Virus record (IMG/VR): IMGVR_UViG_2698536657_000023
Location: 1-34,820 of that record
Strand: one strand, 5' to 3'
Length of the DNA: 34,820 bases
Source of the DNA: a virus
Lineage: Duplodnaviria; Heunggongvirae; Uroviricota; Caudoviricetes
The position numbers and the translations under genes are program-made. Position 1 is the first letter of the stretch; each line of letters opens with the position of its first letter. The notes below the pieces were generated by a model. It did not search any database, was not told the origin of the DNA, and worked only from the letters and a program-made list of their open reading frames with translations. Below, piece after piece: positions 20,859-29,469 of the stretch.

Positions 20859-21482
20859 CTAACGTGTGACCGCATTCAAGATATTGTCTGCGATTGACTC
20901 TTCCTTGTGGCATTGCACCACCAGAGCGTCATACAGCGGCTTAACAGTGCGCGACCAGGTGGGTTGAGTAAGGTTTGGGATTAGCATCGTTACAGCGCGA
21001 TATGCGGCGCTTGCTGGCATCCTTGAATAGCCGACACCTTTGCATCTTCCGCACTCTTTCTCAACAACTCTCCCCCACTGCTCTGTTTTTGCTATATCAA
21101 CCGCGCGGCCTGTACCGTGGCAATCTCTGCATCTTGCCCCCGGCGTCGCGGCACTACGGCAATAATCCGCATAAGCGAATGTTGCGAGCACTTGCAGTAC
21201 CTTTGCCCTAGTATTTCCTTCAAGCTTTGCCACACCACGGTATTTCCCCGATACCTTGTGTGCAAATTGCATCAGATAGTTGATAGCCTTTTGTTTGTCG
21301 TTCTGGCTGAGTTCATGCTTACCGCAGAATGCAGCCATTCCGAATCCGGCTTGTGATTGCGCCATCCCCATAGCAGCCATCACATCAGTACCGGAAAGAG
21401 AGTCAGAAGCCGTAGCCCGTGGTGAGTCGCTCATCATCGGGCTTTTTGGCGAATGAAATTTAGCTACGCTTTCGAGTCTCAT
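20859..21482 (-). CDS. Q: Late antiterminator Q (lambda type)
   Basis: 207 aa, near-identical to lambda Q ([31 protein letters not shown]...; zinc-binding CRDCHGTG...CGRCKG). Confidence 0.95.
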   Translation of the reverse strand: MRLESVAKFHSPKSPMMSDSPRATASDSLSGTDVMAAMGMAQSQAGFGMAAFCGKHELSQNDKQKAINYLMQFAHKVSGKYRGVAKLEGNTRAKVLQVLATFAYADYCRSAATPGARCRDCHGTGRAVDIAKTEQWGRVVEKECGRCKGVGYSRMPASAAYRAVTMLIPNLTQPTWSRTVKPLYDALVVQCHKEESIADNILNAVTR

Positions 21483-22144
21483 GCGCCTTCTCCCTGTACC
21501 TGAATCAATGTGAGGTTTCCGCAGAACACTGCGCCGGTATCGATATACATCTGGTTGGCAAACTTGAGTGGTTTCACTGCTGGCGTATGACCAAAGATGA
21601 ACGTGTCCGCGCCTTTGATTTCTTTCACGATCCCGTCTTGTGAGTTGCTGATTCGTTCGCGGTTCCAGATTACCTGCTGATGATCAACTGGCTTTCCAAA
21701 CTCGTATTCGTCACAAGGATAATCGGCGTGGCAGATGACATATTTTTTATCTTTGCTCACCAGTTCGATGATTAACGGAAGTTCTTCTGCTTTATGGGCA
21801 AGAGCTTTAGCCAGAGTTTCTTTGTCGTAATCGAGATTAAAGAACCAACTACCGCCATTAAGCAGCCAGTGATTGACGTTTCCGCGCTCTGATAAGCCAT
21901 CAATCATCATTTGCTCATGGTTTCCACGTACAGCTCTGAACCAGGGGAATGTGATTAATTCCAGGCATTCAACGTTCTCTGCACCACGATCAACCAAATC
22001 GCCCACCGAGATAAGCAGGTCTTTTTTGTTGTCGAATCCAATCGTATCCAGTTTGTTCATCAGGTTCGTGTAGCATCCGTGCAGATCGCCAACTACCCAA
22101 ATATTTCGGTATTTGCTGCCATCAATTTTTTCGTAATAGCGCAT
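21479..22144 (-). CDS. ninI: Ser/Thr protein phosphatase NinI (lambda orf221)
   Basis: Metallophosphatase motifs GDLHG, GDLVDRG, GNHE; near-identical to lambda orf221 from MRYYEKIDG; the track start is an in-frame upstream extension. Confidence 0.9.
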   Translation of the reverse strand: MRYYEKIDGSKYRNIWVVGDLHGCYTNLMNKLDTIGFDNKKDLLISVGDLVDRGAENVECLELITFPWFRAVRGNHEQMMIDGLSERGNVNHWLLNGGSWFFNLDYDKETLAKALAHKAEELPLIIELVSKDKKYVICHADYPCDEYEFGKPVDHQQVIWNRERISNSQDGIVKEIKGADTFIFGHTPAVKPLKFANQMYIDTGAVFCGNLTLIQVQGEGA

Positions 22145-22328
22145 CTCTTTCACTCCATCCGCGATGAACCATGAGAACGTCGTTGACGATGGCGTGCATT
22201 TTCCCGTCTTTATCATCAACGTATTTTCTGACCGTACCGCGACTACATTTCAGTCTGCGAGCTACTTCTGTCTGGTTTCCGTATGCTTCAACGAGCATGT
22301 CTGGAATGGTTTTTACTGAGAACGTCAT
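22122..22328 (-). CDS. ninH: NinH
   Basis: 68 aa, matches lambda NinH ([36 protein letters not shown]); start coupled to ninG stop. Confidence 0.85.
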   Translation of the reverse strand: MTFSVKTIPDMLVEAYGNQTEVARRLKCSRGTVRKYVDDKDGKMHAIVNDVLMVHRGWSERDALLRKN

Positions 22329-22936
22329 GCGGCCTCACTTCTGCTATTTCGCAGGTCTTTGAGTTTCTGTTGGTACTCTGCCTTGATCGCCTTGCACTCT
22401 TCGATAGTCCAGCGATGGCGGTTATGGTTTGATTCGATTTCGTCTACTGCTTCCTGCCCGATTCGGTTAATCAGTTCGACGCGATACGGAACAAGATTTC
22501 CGCTTTTGTGCTGGTTGCACACCACGCATTGCTTGTGAATATTGCGTTCATCAAATCGGAGTTGAGGTGCCGCAGCAGTTGTCCGGTAATGCCCGGCATC
22601 CCACTGAGCAGACGTGAGCGTTCCGCACGAGATACATGGTAAGTCGCGGTCTCTTTCTCTGATGAAGGCGTTTACGGCTTGCTGGGCTTGTTTAATCCAG
22701 TAACTGCGGGGCTTTAAGGCGAGTTTTCGAATCTTCAGTTTATCTTTCTGTTTCTGCTCCTCTCGTCGTCGTTTCTTCTCTGCTGCTTTTTCCGCTTTTT
22801 CGCGTTCTTTGCTTCGTCGTTCGAGTGCTATCTTTGTTCCACACTCTGGAGAGCACCACCACTGATTAGCGAATGCAGGGTGAAACCATTCCCGACATTC
22901 TTCGTTTTTACATCGTCTTCGCGCTGGTTTAGCCAT
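22325..22936 (-). CDS. ninG: NinG / Rap recombination protein
   Basis: 203 aa, Cys-rich N-terminus and CxxC motifs; matches lambda NinG. Confidence 0.9.
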   Translation of the reverse strand: MAKPARRRCKNEECREWFHPAFANQWWCSPECGTKIALERRSKEREKAEKAAEKKRRREEQKQKDKLKIRKLALKPRSYWIKQAQQAVNAFIRERDRDLPCISCGTLTSAQWDAGHYRTTAAAPQLRFDERNIHKQCVVCNQHKSGNLVPYRVELINRIGQEAVDEIESNHNRHRWTIEECKAIKAEYQQKLKDLRNSRSEAA

Positions 22937-23105
22937 CGTCTTCTTCCTCGTACATTGAGCTATTCGGATCGCTCATCAGTTCTGCGCAGCAGTGCTCACA
23001 CACGTGAACTTCCGGCAGATGCAGCTTCTGACCGCAGTTAGCGCACGTTAAAGCCCGCTCGACGCTTTCTTTCTGGTATTGAATGGATTGGGATGGGCTA
23101 AGCAT
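22929..23105 (-). CDS. ninF: NinF
   Basis: 58-aa ORF read by hand ([28 protein letters not shown]...EEEDDG), matches lambda NinF; stop overlaps ninG start; below track cutoff. Confidence 0.75.
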   Translation of the reverse strand: MLSPSQSIQYQKESVERALTCANCGQKLHLPEVHVCEHCCAELMSDPNSSMYEEEDDG

Positions 23106-23470
23106 TATTGGATTCTCTGCATCATGAGAAAGACAATCATGGCGGCTCGGAGGGGATTTTCATGTATAGCTCGCTTAGATTTACAGTAGGCCACACCGCG
23201 TGCACCCCACTCATCTTCATCGAGATTGATAATGCTAATCCTGTATTTTTCAATAATCGGCCATGCGTCTGCTGGGTTTGCGCATGGGTTAAAGGATCCG
23301 CGCTCAACTTCTACTTCAACTGCGTCTCCGTTTACAATGTCTCCCTCAAATGAGACAAACACCATATCGCCATTCTCACCTTCTTTGTAATCCGGTGATC
23401 CGTTATGAATGGCTTCGAATACCGCCACGTTAATTTCAAAATCACTTAACTGTGAATAATCCATTGTCAT
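23105..23470 (-). CDS. Hypothetical acidic protein inserted between ninE and ninF
   Basis: 121 aa from the ATG overlapping the ninE stop (ATGA); its stop overlaps the ninF start (TAATG); no counterpart in lambda nin. Confidence 0.6.
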   Translation of the reverse strand: MTMDYSQLSDFEINVAVFEAIHNGSPDYKEGENGDMVFVSFEGDIVNGDAVEVEVERGSFNPCANPADAWPIIEKYRISIINLDEDEWGARGVAYCKSKRAIHENPLRAAMIVFLMMQRIQ

Positions 23471-23643
23471 TTCCTCGCACGATGTCTTAGCCACCGGATA
23501 TCCCACAGGTGAGCCGTGTAGTTGAAGGTTTTTACGTCAGATTCTTTTGGGATTGGCTTGCGTTTATTTCTGGAGCGTTTCGTTGGAAGGTATTTGCAGT
23601 TTTCGCAGATGATGTCGGTGATGCTTCGTCGCTGTCGTCTCAT
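23467..23643 (-). CDS. ninE: NinE
   Basis: 58 aa from internal Met ([37 protein letters not shown]...), matches lambda NinE; start coupled to MTase stop. Confidence 0.75.
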   Translation of the reverse strand: MRRQRRSITDIICENCKYLPTKRSRNKRKPIPKESDVKTFNYTAHLWDIRWLRHRARK

Positions 23644-24167
23644 TCTGCCCTCCTGACGCCCTGCCCGATCGCCATCAATGCCGCTTTGGATACGGTAGTA
23701 AACATCCGTCGAGGACTGATGAACGGTCGCCAAATCAGCAGCATGGAGCCTTTGCTGTTTCCCTTCTTCTCCAGCCCTGTCGATGGTTCGATAAAATTAA
23801 TCCGTCCATCAGTGATAATGCGAACTTCGTCGACACTCTCCAGAGCCTTGCTGAACCATCCGACTGACATATCCTCTGGCACAAGCATAACTACCGTCTG
23901 TCGCTGTTGTATGCACTGCTCAGCGGCTTTATCCACCCACGGCCTGATATTGCTGTACGGTGGGTTATTCCAGATTGCACCGTGGCTTACCCACTCAGAA
24001 TTGAGCGCGTCGTCGGCCTCAGTTAGCCAGTGAGCACACAGAGCATTTTTGTCGCTCGCTGCCGAATCCAGCCAGAATCCAAACTCAATATCCAGTGCAT
24101 CAAAAAGCCAAAGCGGCGTTTGCCAGCAGTCCTTGTCGTGTGCTGGCGTATTTGATTTGATAGTCAT
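23640..24167 (-). CDS. Orphan phage DNA N6-adenine methyltransferase (Dam family)
   Basis: About 175 aa with the NPPYS catalytic motif of N6-adenine MTases; occupies the lambda ninC/ninD slot; start taken at the Met coupled to the ninB stop. Confidence 0.8.
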   Translation of the reverse strand: MTIKSNTPAHDKDCWQTPLWLFDALDIEFGFWLDSAASDKNALCAHWLTEADDALNSEWVSHGAIWNNPPYSNIRPWVDKAAEQCIQQRQTVVMLVPEDMSVGWFSKALESVDEVRIITDGRINFIEPSTGLEKKGNSKGSMLLIWRPFISPRRMFTTVSKAALMAIGQGVRRAE

Positions 24168-24604
24168 GCAGCCCGATCTCCCCATCGCGCTTTCCACTCC
24201 AGAGCCAGTCGCGCTTCGTCTGACCACTTAACGCCACGCTCTGTACCGAATGCCTGTATAAGCTCTAATAGCTCCGCAAATTCGCTTACACGCATCCTGC
24301 TGGTTGACTGGCCTATTACCACAAAGCCATTCCCGGCAAGGTTAGGAACAACATCCTGCTGCTTTAATGCTGCGGTAAACACACACTTCCAGCTTTCTGC
24401 ATCCAGCCAGCGACCATGCCATTCAACCTGACGAGAGACGTCACCTAAGCAGGCCCATAGCTTCCTGTTTTGGTCTAAGCTGCGGTTGCGTTCCTGAATG
24501 GTTACTACGATTGGTTTGGTTGGGTCTGGAAGAATTTGCTGTACTGCGTGAATAGCGTTTTGCTGATGTGCTGGAGATCGAATTTCAAAGGTTAGTTTTT
24601 TCAT
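24164..24604 (-). CDS. ninB: NinB recombination mediator
   Basis: 146 aa from MKKLTFEIRSPAHQQNAIHAVQQILPD..., near-identical to lambda NinB; the track start is an upstream TTG. Confidence 0.9.
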   Translation of the reverse strand: MKKLTFEIRSPAHQQNAIHAVQQILPDPTKPIVVTIQERNRSLDQNRKLWACLGDVSRQVEWHGRWLDAESWKCVFTAALKQQDVVPNLAGNGFVVIGQSTSRMRVSEFAELLELIQAFGTERGVKWSDEARLALEWKARWGDRAA

Positions 24605-24620
24605 GACTTCCCTCTCCCCC

Positions 24621-24652
24621 AAATAAAAAGGCCTGCGATTACCAGCAGGCCT
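24621..24652 (-). terminator. tR2-like intrinsic terminator between replication genes and nin region
   Basis: Minus-strand hairpin AGGCCUGC-UGGUAAUC-GCAGGCCU followed by UUUUUAUUU, between the helicase stop and the ninB start. Confidence 0.7.
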
Positions 24653-24677
24653 GTTATTAGCTCAGTGATGTAGATGG

Positions 24678-26054
24678 TCATACGTCCGCCCCTTGTGCAT
24701 ATCGTCTGCCACGCGCAGCAGGTGCATTTGATGCTGTGCAAATCTGTCTGGCTTCATCCTGGTCACATGCAACAAAGTGTCCGTTGCAGAACCGCTGGTA
24801 AACCGTACCAAGTGAGCCAAAACGGTTTTTTGTCACAATGATTTCAGCAAATGGTGCGGCGCTACTGTTCTCGTCATATACCGCTTCCCGATAGAGCATG
24901 ATGATTGAGTCTGCGTCCTGTTCAATGCTTCCAGAATCACGCAAATCTGCGTTTGTCGGGCGTTTGTTTGGTCGCTTCTCAACATCGCGCGAAAGCTGAC
25001 TCAGGGAGATAACAGGCGTTTTCAGGTCTTTCGCCATCGCCTTCAGGCTTCCGGAGATGTGAGCAATTGCGAGGTCGTTGCGGTCTGCTTTCGGCTTCTC
25101 AATCAGGCCAAGATAATCCGCCATGATGAGTGACAGGTTTGGATTTTCCTGTTTATGCCGTTCTGCGATTGAGCGTATTTCTTCGACCGATAACCGCGAG
25201 GCATCGACTACCCATACATCCAAATCTGCAAGCTGACTCATGCCGTTAGCAACACGCGCCCAGCCTTCGTCATCCATCGATGCAGGATTTCGCAGTACGC
25301 TAACCGACATCCTCCCGGCGTTGGCAATGCTTCGCTCTGCAATCTGCAATGCGCTCATTTCCATCGAGAAAATCAACACTCCGCGCCTGACGTCAGAACC
25401 AGGAATAACGCGGCTTGCAACGCCTTCGGCAATCTTCAGCGCCAGTTCGGTTTTCCCCATACCAGGACGAGCAGCGATTATCACCAGGTCTTCCGCGTTC
25501 ATCCCTCCGGTGATGGCATCAAGTTCTTCGATTCCGGTCTTCAGGGTATCTGACTCTTCTCCGTTCCTCAGACGCCTGTCAAGCGTGTCAGTGTAGTCAG
25601 TGATGATTTCCCCTAACCGTACAGGTTTAACCTCGTCACGGGGCTTTCTGATGGCTGAAAGACGCTTTACAAGTTCATCCATCGCCTGACTCGATGCGTC
25701 GATGGTTCCGCTCTGAATTGGTTCACGCATTTCATCCATGATTTCCAGCACCAGACGGCGGTGATAGTTATCCGCGACCATTCCGGCATATCCCTTCAGG
25801 TTTGCGGCACTCGGGCAGTTTTTGCTGGTCATCAGGATTGACGTGAAATGCTCCTCTCCGCACGCCTCGGCAACCATCAGCGCATCGATTAGGTTTCTGT
25901 TTCTCGCCTGCTTGCGGATAACCTCGAAGGCTTTCCGGTAGAGCGGAATTGAAAACGCTTCCGGCTCCAGCGTTGCAAGAACGTCACTGGCGGTTGGAGT
26001 TAATCCACCAATCAGCAGGCCACCGATAACGCTCGCTTCGATATCCTGTCTCAT
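24678..26054 (-). CDS. Replicative DNA helicase, DnaB family (P22 gp12-type)
   Basis: 458 aa; Walker A ARPGMGKT, Walker B region and RecA-like C-domain; start coupled to the O-like stop. Confidence 0.9.
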   Translation of the reverse strand: MRQDIEASVIGGLLIGGLTPTASDVLATLEPEAFSIPLYRKAFEVIRKQARNRNLIDALMVAEACGEEHFTSILMTSKNCPSAANLKGYAGMVADNYHRRLVLEIMDEMREPIQSGTIDASSQAMDELVKRLSAIRKPRDEVKPVRLGEIITDYTDTLDRRLRNGEESDTLKTGIEELDAITGGMNAEDLVIIAARPGMGKTELALKIAEGVASRVIPGSDVRRGVLIFSMEMSALQIAERSIANAGRMSVSVLRNPASMDDEGWARVANGMSQLADLDVWVVDASRLSVEEIRSIAERHKQENPNLSLIMADYLGLIEKPKADRNDLAIAHISGSLKAMAKDLKTPVISLSQLSRDVEKRPNKRPTNADLRDSGSIEQDADSIIMLYREAVYDENSSAAPFAEIIVTKNRFGSLGTVYQRFCNGHFVACDQDEARQICTASNAPAARGRRYAQGADV

Positions 26055-26998
26055 GCAATCCCCCTGTCTGCAAACTTCCCTTCCCGAACTCCCGTTAACG
26101 AGTCTTCTCTCAGCAGGTAATCAAAATCAGCCGTCCAGCCCGTGTCGTTGTCTCCGAAGTAAAACGGCTTGGCCTGATGCACAAACGCCCTGACATACGC
26201 TCTGAAACCGTCCACGTTTGGCGTTTTCAGTTGCGGGATGATTTTCTTCAGGCGGCGTTTTCGTTTCTCGTTGACCGCAACAGCGTGTGGCAGTCTGTCA
26301 CCGACTTCGGTGTTGTAGGCGTTCAGGAAGGATTCGTAGTCGATTCGTTCTGCCTTGCGACGTTCAGGTTTAACCTGCCCATCGCCTCCCCCATTGGGGG
26401 GTAGGGGGGTATTATTTATATTCTTGTTAATACCTTCTTGTTCATGATGTGCGGTTGTTTGTGCGGCTTCATGTGCGCTTTCATGTGCGGCATGTACGCT
26501 GAAAGCCGCGATATTGCTGGCTTCATCATGTGCGGCATCATGTGCGGTTGTTTGTGCGGCTTCATGTGCGGGTAAATTGTCCATTTTTTGAGCATATTCA
26601 TGGTAATTTGTGATGGTTATCACACGGCCTTTTTGCTTCTCTCCATCAATGGAGATCATCCCCTCTTTCACAAAAACCTGAAGCATCCGCTCAACCTGAT
26701 CACGGCTTGCTGGCTTGCCATGTCTGTCGCATAACTGAAGACCTAAATCAGCTGCTGTCACAACCAGTTGACCGGGTTGCAGATGCCATTCATGACCTTT
26801 GAAATTCGCTTTGTATGGCTTTCTGGCGGCATTCAGGAGAAGGTTTTCCCACAGGGTGCGAAGATAAACATCTTTCGCCCATGACTGTTTCAGAATGCTC
26901 CGGTACAACGGAATGTAACCAGTTTTCTGGTTCTCCATCCTGTTGCTCCTGCGCTCGTGTGCGGCGCTGAAATCGTAGATTTTTGCTGTATTGCTCAT
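26051..26998 (-). CDS. Replication initiator (O-like, P22 gp18-type) containing ori iterons
   Basis: 315 aa; N-terminus [10 protein letters not shown] resembles lambda O MTNTAKI; His/Ala-rich linker encoded by the iteron array; sits directly upstream of the helicase. Confidence 0.8.
   Translation of the reverse strand: MSNTAKIYDFSAAHERRSNRMENQKTGYIPLYRSILKQSWAKDVYLRTLWENLLLNAARKPYKANFKGHEWHLQPGQLVVTAADLGLQLCDRHGKPASRDQVERMLQVFVKEGMISIDGEKQKGRVITITNYHEYAQKMDNLPAHEAAQTTAHDAAHDEASNIAAFSVHAAHESAHEAAQTTAHHEQEGINKNINNTPLPPNGGGDGQVKPERRKAERIDYESFLNAYNTEVGDRLPHAVAVNEKRKRRLKKIIPQLKTPNVDGFRAYVRAFVHQAKPFYFGDNDTGWTADFDYLLREDSLTGVREGKFADRGIA
26442..26571. repeat. Iteron array (putative origin of replication) inside the initiator gene
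   Basis: At least eight copies of a TGTGCGG-containing 10-12 bp unit in two clusters, including an approximately 30-bp duplicated block, flanked at 26400-26440 by a G-run and an AT-rich tract. Confidence 0.6.
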
Positions 26999-27000
26999 AA

Positions 27001-27273
27001 CTACCTGCCTTGACGAAAGACCTTAAGAACATCGTTAAACTGACTTACGGATATGTCTTCTTTGAGAAGCTTTTCCAGAAATGCGTTTGGAATGAACGTA
27101 TATCCCTCCTCTTTTGGTAGAGACGGGAGCAACGCCCTCGCCTCAGCCTTCAGAAGCTCAGTTCTGGCAACTTTCACAAAAGAGATTTGAGTTCTTTCAT
27201 CAATGGAACGAAGGAAGCGCAAACGCTTAGCTTCTTTGTGTGTATCAGGTGGATTAAAGCCTTTGTTTCGCAT
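27001..27273 (-). CDS. Hypothetical 90-aa basic protein between cII and initiator gene
   Basis: ATG with SD GAGGT 7 nt upstream; stop abuts the initiator start; the track ORF 27001..27546 is an upstream out-of-frame-to-cII extension. Confidence 0.55.
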   Translation of the reverse strand: MRNKGFNPPDTHKEAKRLRFLRSIDERTQISFVKVARTELLKAEARALLPSLPKEEGYTFIPNAFLEKLLKEDISVSQFNDVLKVFRQGR

Positions 27274-27295
27274 ATAATTACCTCGTTGGATGTTG

Positions 27296-27589
27296 TTAAA
27301 ATTCCATTTGTATTTGATCAGAACGCTCGGTTGCCGCCGGGCGTTTTTTATTGGTGAGAATCGAAGCAACTTGTCGTGCCAATCGAGCCATGTCGTCGTC
27401 GACAACACCCCATTCAAGAACAGCAAGCAGCATTGAGAACTTTGGAATCCAGTCCCTCTTCCACCTGCTGATCTGCGACTTATCAACGCCCACAGCTTCC
27501 GCTGTCTTCTCAGTTCCAAGCATTGCGATTTTGTTAAGCAACGCACTCTCGATTCTTAGAGCCTCGTTGCGTTTGTTTGCACGAACCAT
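27296..27589 (-). CDS. cII: Transcriptional activator CII (lambda type)
   Basis: 97 aa from MVRANKRNEALRIESALLNKIAMLGTEKTAEAVGVDKSQISRWKRDW..., near-identical to lambda CII; preceded by AAGGAAATACTTACAT as in lambda. Confidence 0.9.
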   Translation of the reverse strand: MVRANKRNEALRIESALLNKIAMLGTEKTAEAVGVDKSQISRWKRDWIPKFSMLLAVLEWGVVDDDMARLARQVASILTNKKRPAATERSDQIQMEF

Positions 27590-27647
27590 ATGTAAGTATT
27601 TCCTTAACAAATAAGAAGTTATGCGCATCAACTTATGCGCGTTGTAT

Positions 27648-27691
27648 TCCCGCATTTCGGCGGGAATGAGGACCATGACTGTTAAAGAGCG
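27648..27691 (-). promoter_or_regulatory. nutR (boxA + boxB)
   Basis: Minus strand CGCTCTTTAACA (boxA consensus) followed by hairpin UCCCGC-CGAAAU-GCGGGA, between cro and cII; boxB identical to the one at nutL. Confidence 0.6.
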
Positions 27692-27697
27692 GTGTTA

Positions 27698-27892
27698 CTA
27701 TTTGTTTTTCTTGTTGCTTGGGAAAGGACGAACTTCCTCTCCAATCACACTGCCATCAGGCTTTACCGTAACCATAATGTTACGGCCTGCCAGAATGGCC
27801 TTGCTGATAGCGCACTGGATTACACCAAAGTCACTGGCTGCTTTAGCCTGTCCATGGATTTTGGCGTAATCGGCAAGTGTCATTCGAATCAT
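27698..27892 (-). CDS. cro: Cro repressor (lambda-Cro fold, different specificity)
   Basis: Aligns with lambda Cro (TLxDYA...GQxKxAxDxGVxQxAIxKAIxAGR...DGSV..EEV.PFPSNKK); start set at ATG 27892 with GGAGAG SD; the track start is an upstream GTG. Confidence 0.85.
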   Translation of the reverse strand: MIRMTLADYAKIHGQAKAASDFGVIQCAISKAILAGRNIMVTVKPDGSVIGEEVRPFPSNKKNK

Positions 27893-27924
27893 ATGCACTC
27901 TCCGTTATTAACCATGAACAAAGA

Positions 27925-27987
27925 ATACTACAGGTATTCAAAGCAATCAATACTTAGGGTATTTTTAGTTTAAGTACCTTAGCTATT
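27925..27987. promoter_or_regulatory. OR operator triplet with divergent PR/PRM
   Basis: Three 13-bp sites ATACTACAGGTAT (27925-27937), ATACTTAGGGTAT (27950-27962), GTACCTTAGCTAT (27975-27987) at 25-bp spacing between cro and cI. Confidence 0.6.
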
Positions 27988-27998
27988 AGAATTAAGCT

Positions 27999-28715
27999 AT
28001 GGAAAATAAAAAATCACTGACGACAGAACAGCTGGAAGACGCTAAGCGGCTTAAGGCTTTGTATGAGTCAAAAAAGAAAGAATTGGGAATAACCCAATAC
28101 TCAATCGCTGATGAACTGGGTATCACCCAAGGAGCGGTAGGGCATTATCTTAATGGCAGAAATGCGCTAAACGTTGAGGTTGCATCTGGTTTTGCACGAT
28201 TGTTGCAAGTCTCAATTGCTGATTTTAGCCAGTCAATTGCTGCCAAGGTTGCAGAACAGGCAGAAAGCCTTAAGAGCGATGCCAACGTAAGGTATGCAGG
28301 GGAATACAGAGCAGGAAAGAGGTATCCGGTGTTAAGCAGTATCCAGGCTGGCTCGTGGTGTGAAGCATGCGAACCATACACCATTAAAGACATAGATGTT
28401 TGGCTTGAGTCTGACGCGCATATTCAAGGTAATGCGTTCTGGCTTAAAGTGGAAGGTGATTCAATGACGGCACCGGTTGGGTTAAGCATTCCAGAGGGAA
28501 CATTCGTTCTTTTCGATACCGGAAGGGAGGCGATCAACGGCAGCTTGGTCATAGCAAAACTTTCTGACTCTAACGAAGCAACATTCAAGAAGCTGATAAT
28601 CGACGGCGGAAATAAATACCTCAAGGGACTTAATCCTGCATGGCCTCTCGTGCCAATCAATGGAAACTGCAAGATTATAGGCGTTGCAATTGAGACAAAA
28701 CTCAGACTGGTTTGA
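27999..28715 (+). CDS. cI: CI prophage repressor (HTH N-domain, S24 LexA-like autopeptidase C-domain)
   Basis: 238 aa; N-terminus MENKKSLTTEQLEDAKRLKALYESKKKELG aligns with lambda CI but the recognition helix differs; C-domain has the GDSM serine and FKKL lysine; divergent from cro. Confidence 0.9.
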   Translation: MENKKSLTTEQLEDAKRLKALYESKKKELGITQYSIADELGITQGAVGHYLNGRNALNVEVASGFARLLQVSIADFSQSIAAKVAEQAESLKSDANVRYAGEYRAGKRYPVLSSIQAGSWCEACEPYTIKDIDVWLESDAHIQGNAFWLKVEGDSMTAPVGLSIPEGTFVLFDTGREAINGSLVIAKLSDSNEATFKKLIIDGGNKYLKGLNPAWPLVPINGNCKIIGVAIETKLRLV

Positions 28716-28733
28716 TCACGCAAGGGGGCGCTT

Positions 28734-29102
28734 ATGGTTGGAACCGCTATAGCAAGCTTTTTTGGGATGTTGGCAATCTCGACAATTTACGGCTTAGCGC
28801 ATGCTTTTATTGCGAAATCTCTATCAGAAAAAATAAGCCAGGCTTGGGCGCATAGATCAGCTCGTTTCATGATTCTGGTGATCATAGCAATACAAGGGAT
28901 ATCTGCATTTATCCTCTATGGATCAAGCTTATACCTATTGTATCAAGGCGCGACATTTACGCCTTACACCAGTGATTACGGAACTCTATACGATGGTAGT
29001 GAAGACATCACTGTGGCTTGGATCGTCTTTGGTTTATCTATGGCCGTGTCTGTTGTAGCAGACATCATTAAGGTAATTCTCGTCTTAACCTTCGCTGACT
29101 AA
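28734..29102 (+). CDS. Hypothetical 3-TM membrane protein co-transcribed with cI
   Basis: 122 aa with three predicted TM helices; ATG 18 nt after the cI stop with SD AGGGGG; occupies the lambda rexAB position. Confidence 0.7.
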   Translation: MVGTAIASFFGMLAISTIYGLAHAFIAKSLSEKISQAWAHRSARFMILVIIAIQGISAFILYGSSLYLLYQGATFTPYTSDYGTLYDGSEDITVAWIVFGLSMAVSVVADIIKVILVLTFAD

Positions 29103-29233
29103 CCTATAATCCCGGCAGCAATAGCTATCGGGATCCACTTCACATATCCCGCATAAAAAGCACTGAACAAGCAGACACCGAAAAAATAAATATCCTTTGT
29201 ATTCATTTGCTTATCATTATTTCATCAAAAATA

Positions 29234-29275
29234 AATACCTTGGGTATTTACACAATAAAATACCTACAGTATTCT
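29234..29275 (+). promoter_or_regulatory. OL operators and PL promoter
   Basis: Sites ATACCTTGGGTAT (29234-29246) and ATACCTACAGTAT (29260-29272) share the OR consensus; TTTACA-17 nt-TATTCT fits a sigma70 promoter pointing at N. Confidence 0.55.
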
Positions 29276-29321
29276 TTAGCCATCAGCAGGAAGCTGGAAG
29301 CCAAACGGAAAAGATTGGCAG

Positions 29322-29362
29322 GCTCTTTAACATTGATGGGATTGTCCCGCCGAAATGCGGGA
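29322..29362 (+). promoter_or_regulatory. nutL (boxA + boxB)
   Basis: GCTCTTTAACA (boxA, rrn-like) then hairpin TCCCGC-CGAAAT-GCGGGA, about 50 nt downstream of PL and 100 nt upstream of N. Confidence 0.6.
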
Positions 29363-29469
29363 ACCAAAGAGTAATTGGCTTTGGGGTGACGTGAAGTGCA
29401 GCTGCACGACGGCAACCGGAAGATAAGCACCCGGCGCGTCACCGCCAAAGTCAATCATCGGAGGTCAAC

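Noticed and set aside
20190-20859. Possible tRNA genes or toxin cargo between Q and S, as in Stx phages
   Set aside because: No T-loop (GGTTCGAATCC-type) or cloverleaf candidates seen on either strand; the interval is filled by the lambda-like PR'/6S/tR' region and its roughly 400-bp spacer.
23509-24033. 174-aa plus-strand ORF antisense to the Dam methyltransferase
   Set aside because: Shadow ORF; the minus-strand frame carries the MTase catalytic motif.
26416-26601. 61-aa His/Pro/Met-rich ORF ([26 protein letters not shown]...)
   Set aside because: Alternate-frame artefact of the iteron repeats inside the initiator gene.
27001-27546. 181-aa ORF overlapping cII in another frame
   Set aside because: Only the last 90 codons, from the SD-preceded ATG at 27273, are outside cII; the upstream part is a frame overlap.
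29109-29140. Inverted repeat ATCCCG...CGGGAT after the membrane-protein gene as an operon terminator
   Set aside because: 6-bp stem with a 14-nt loop and no following T-run; too weak to call.
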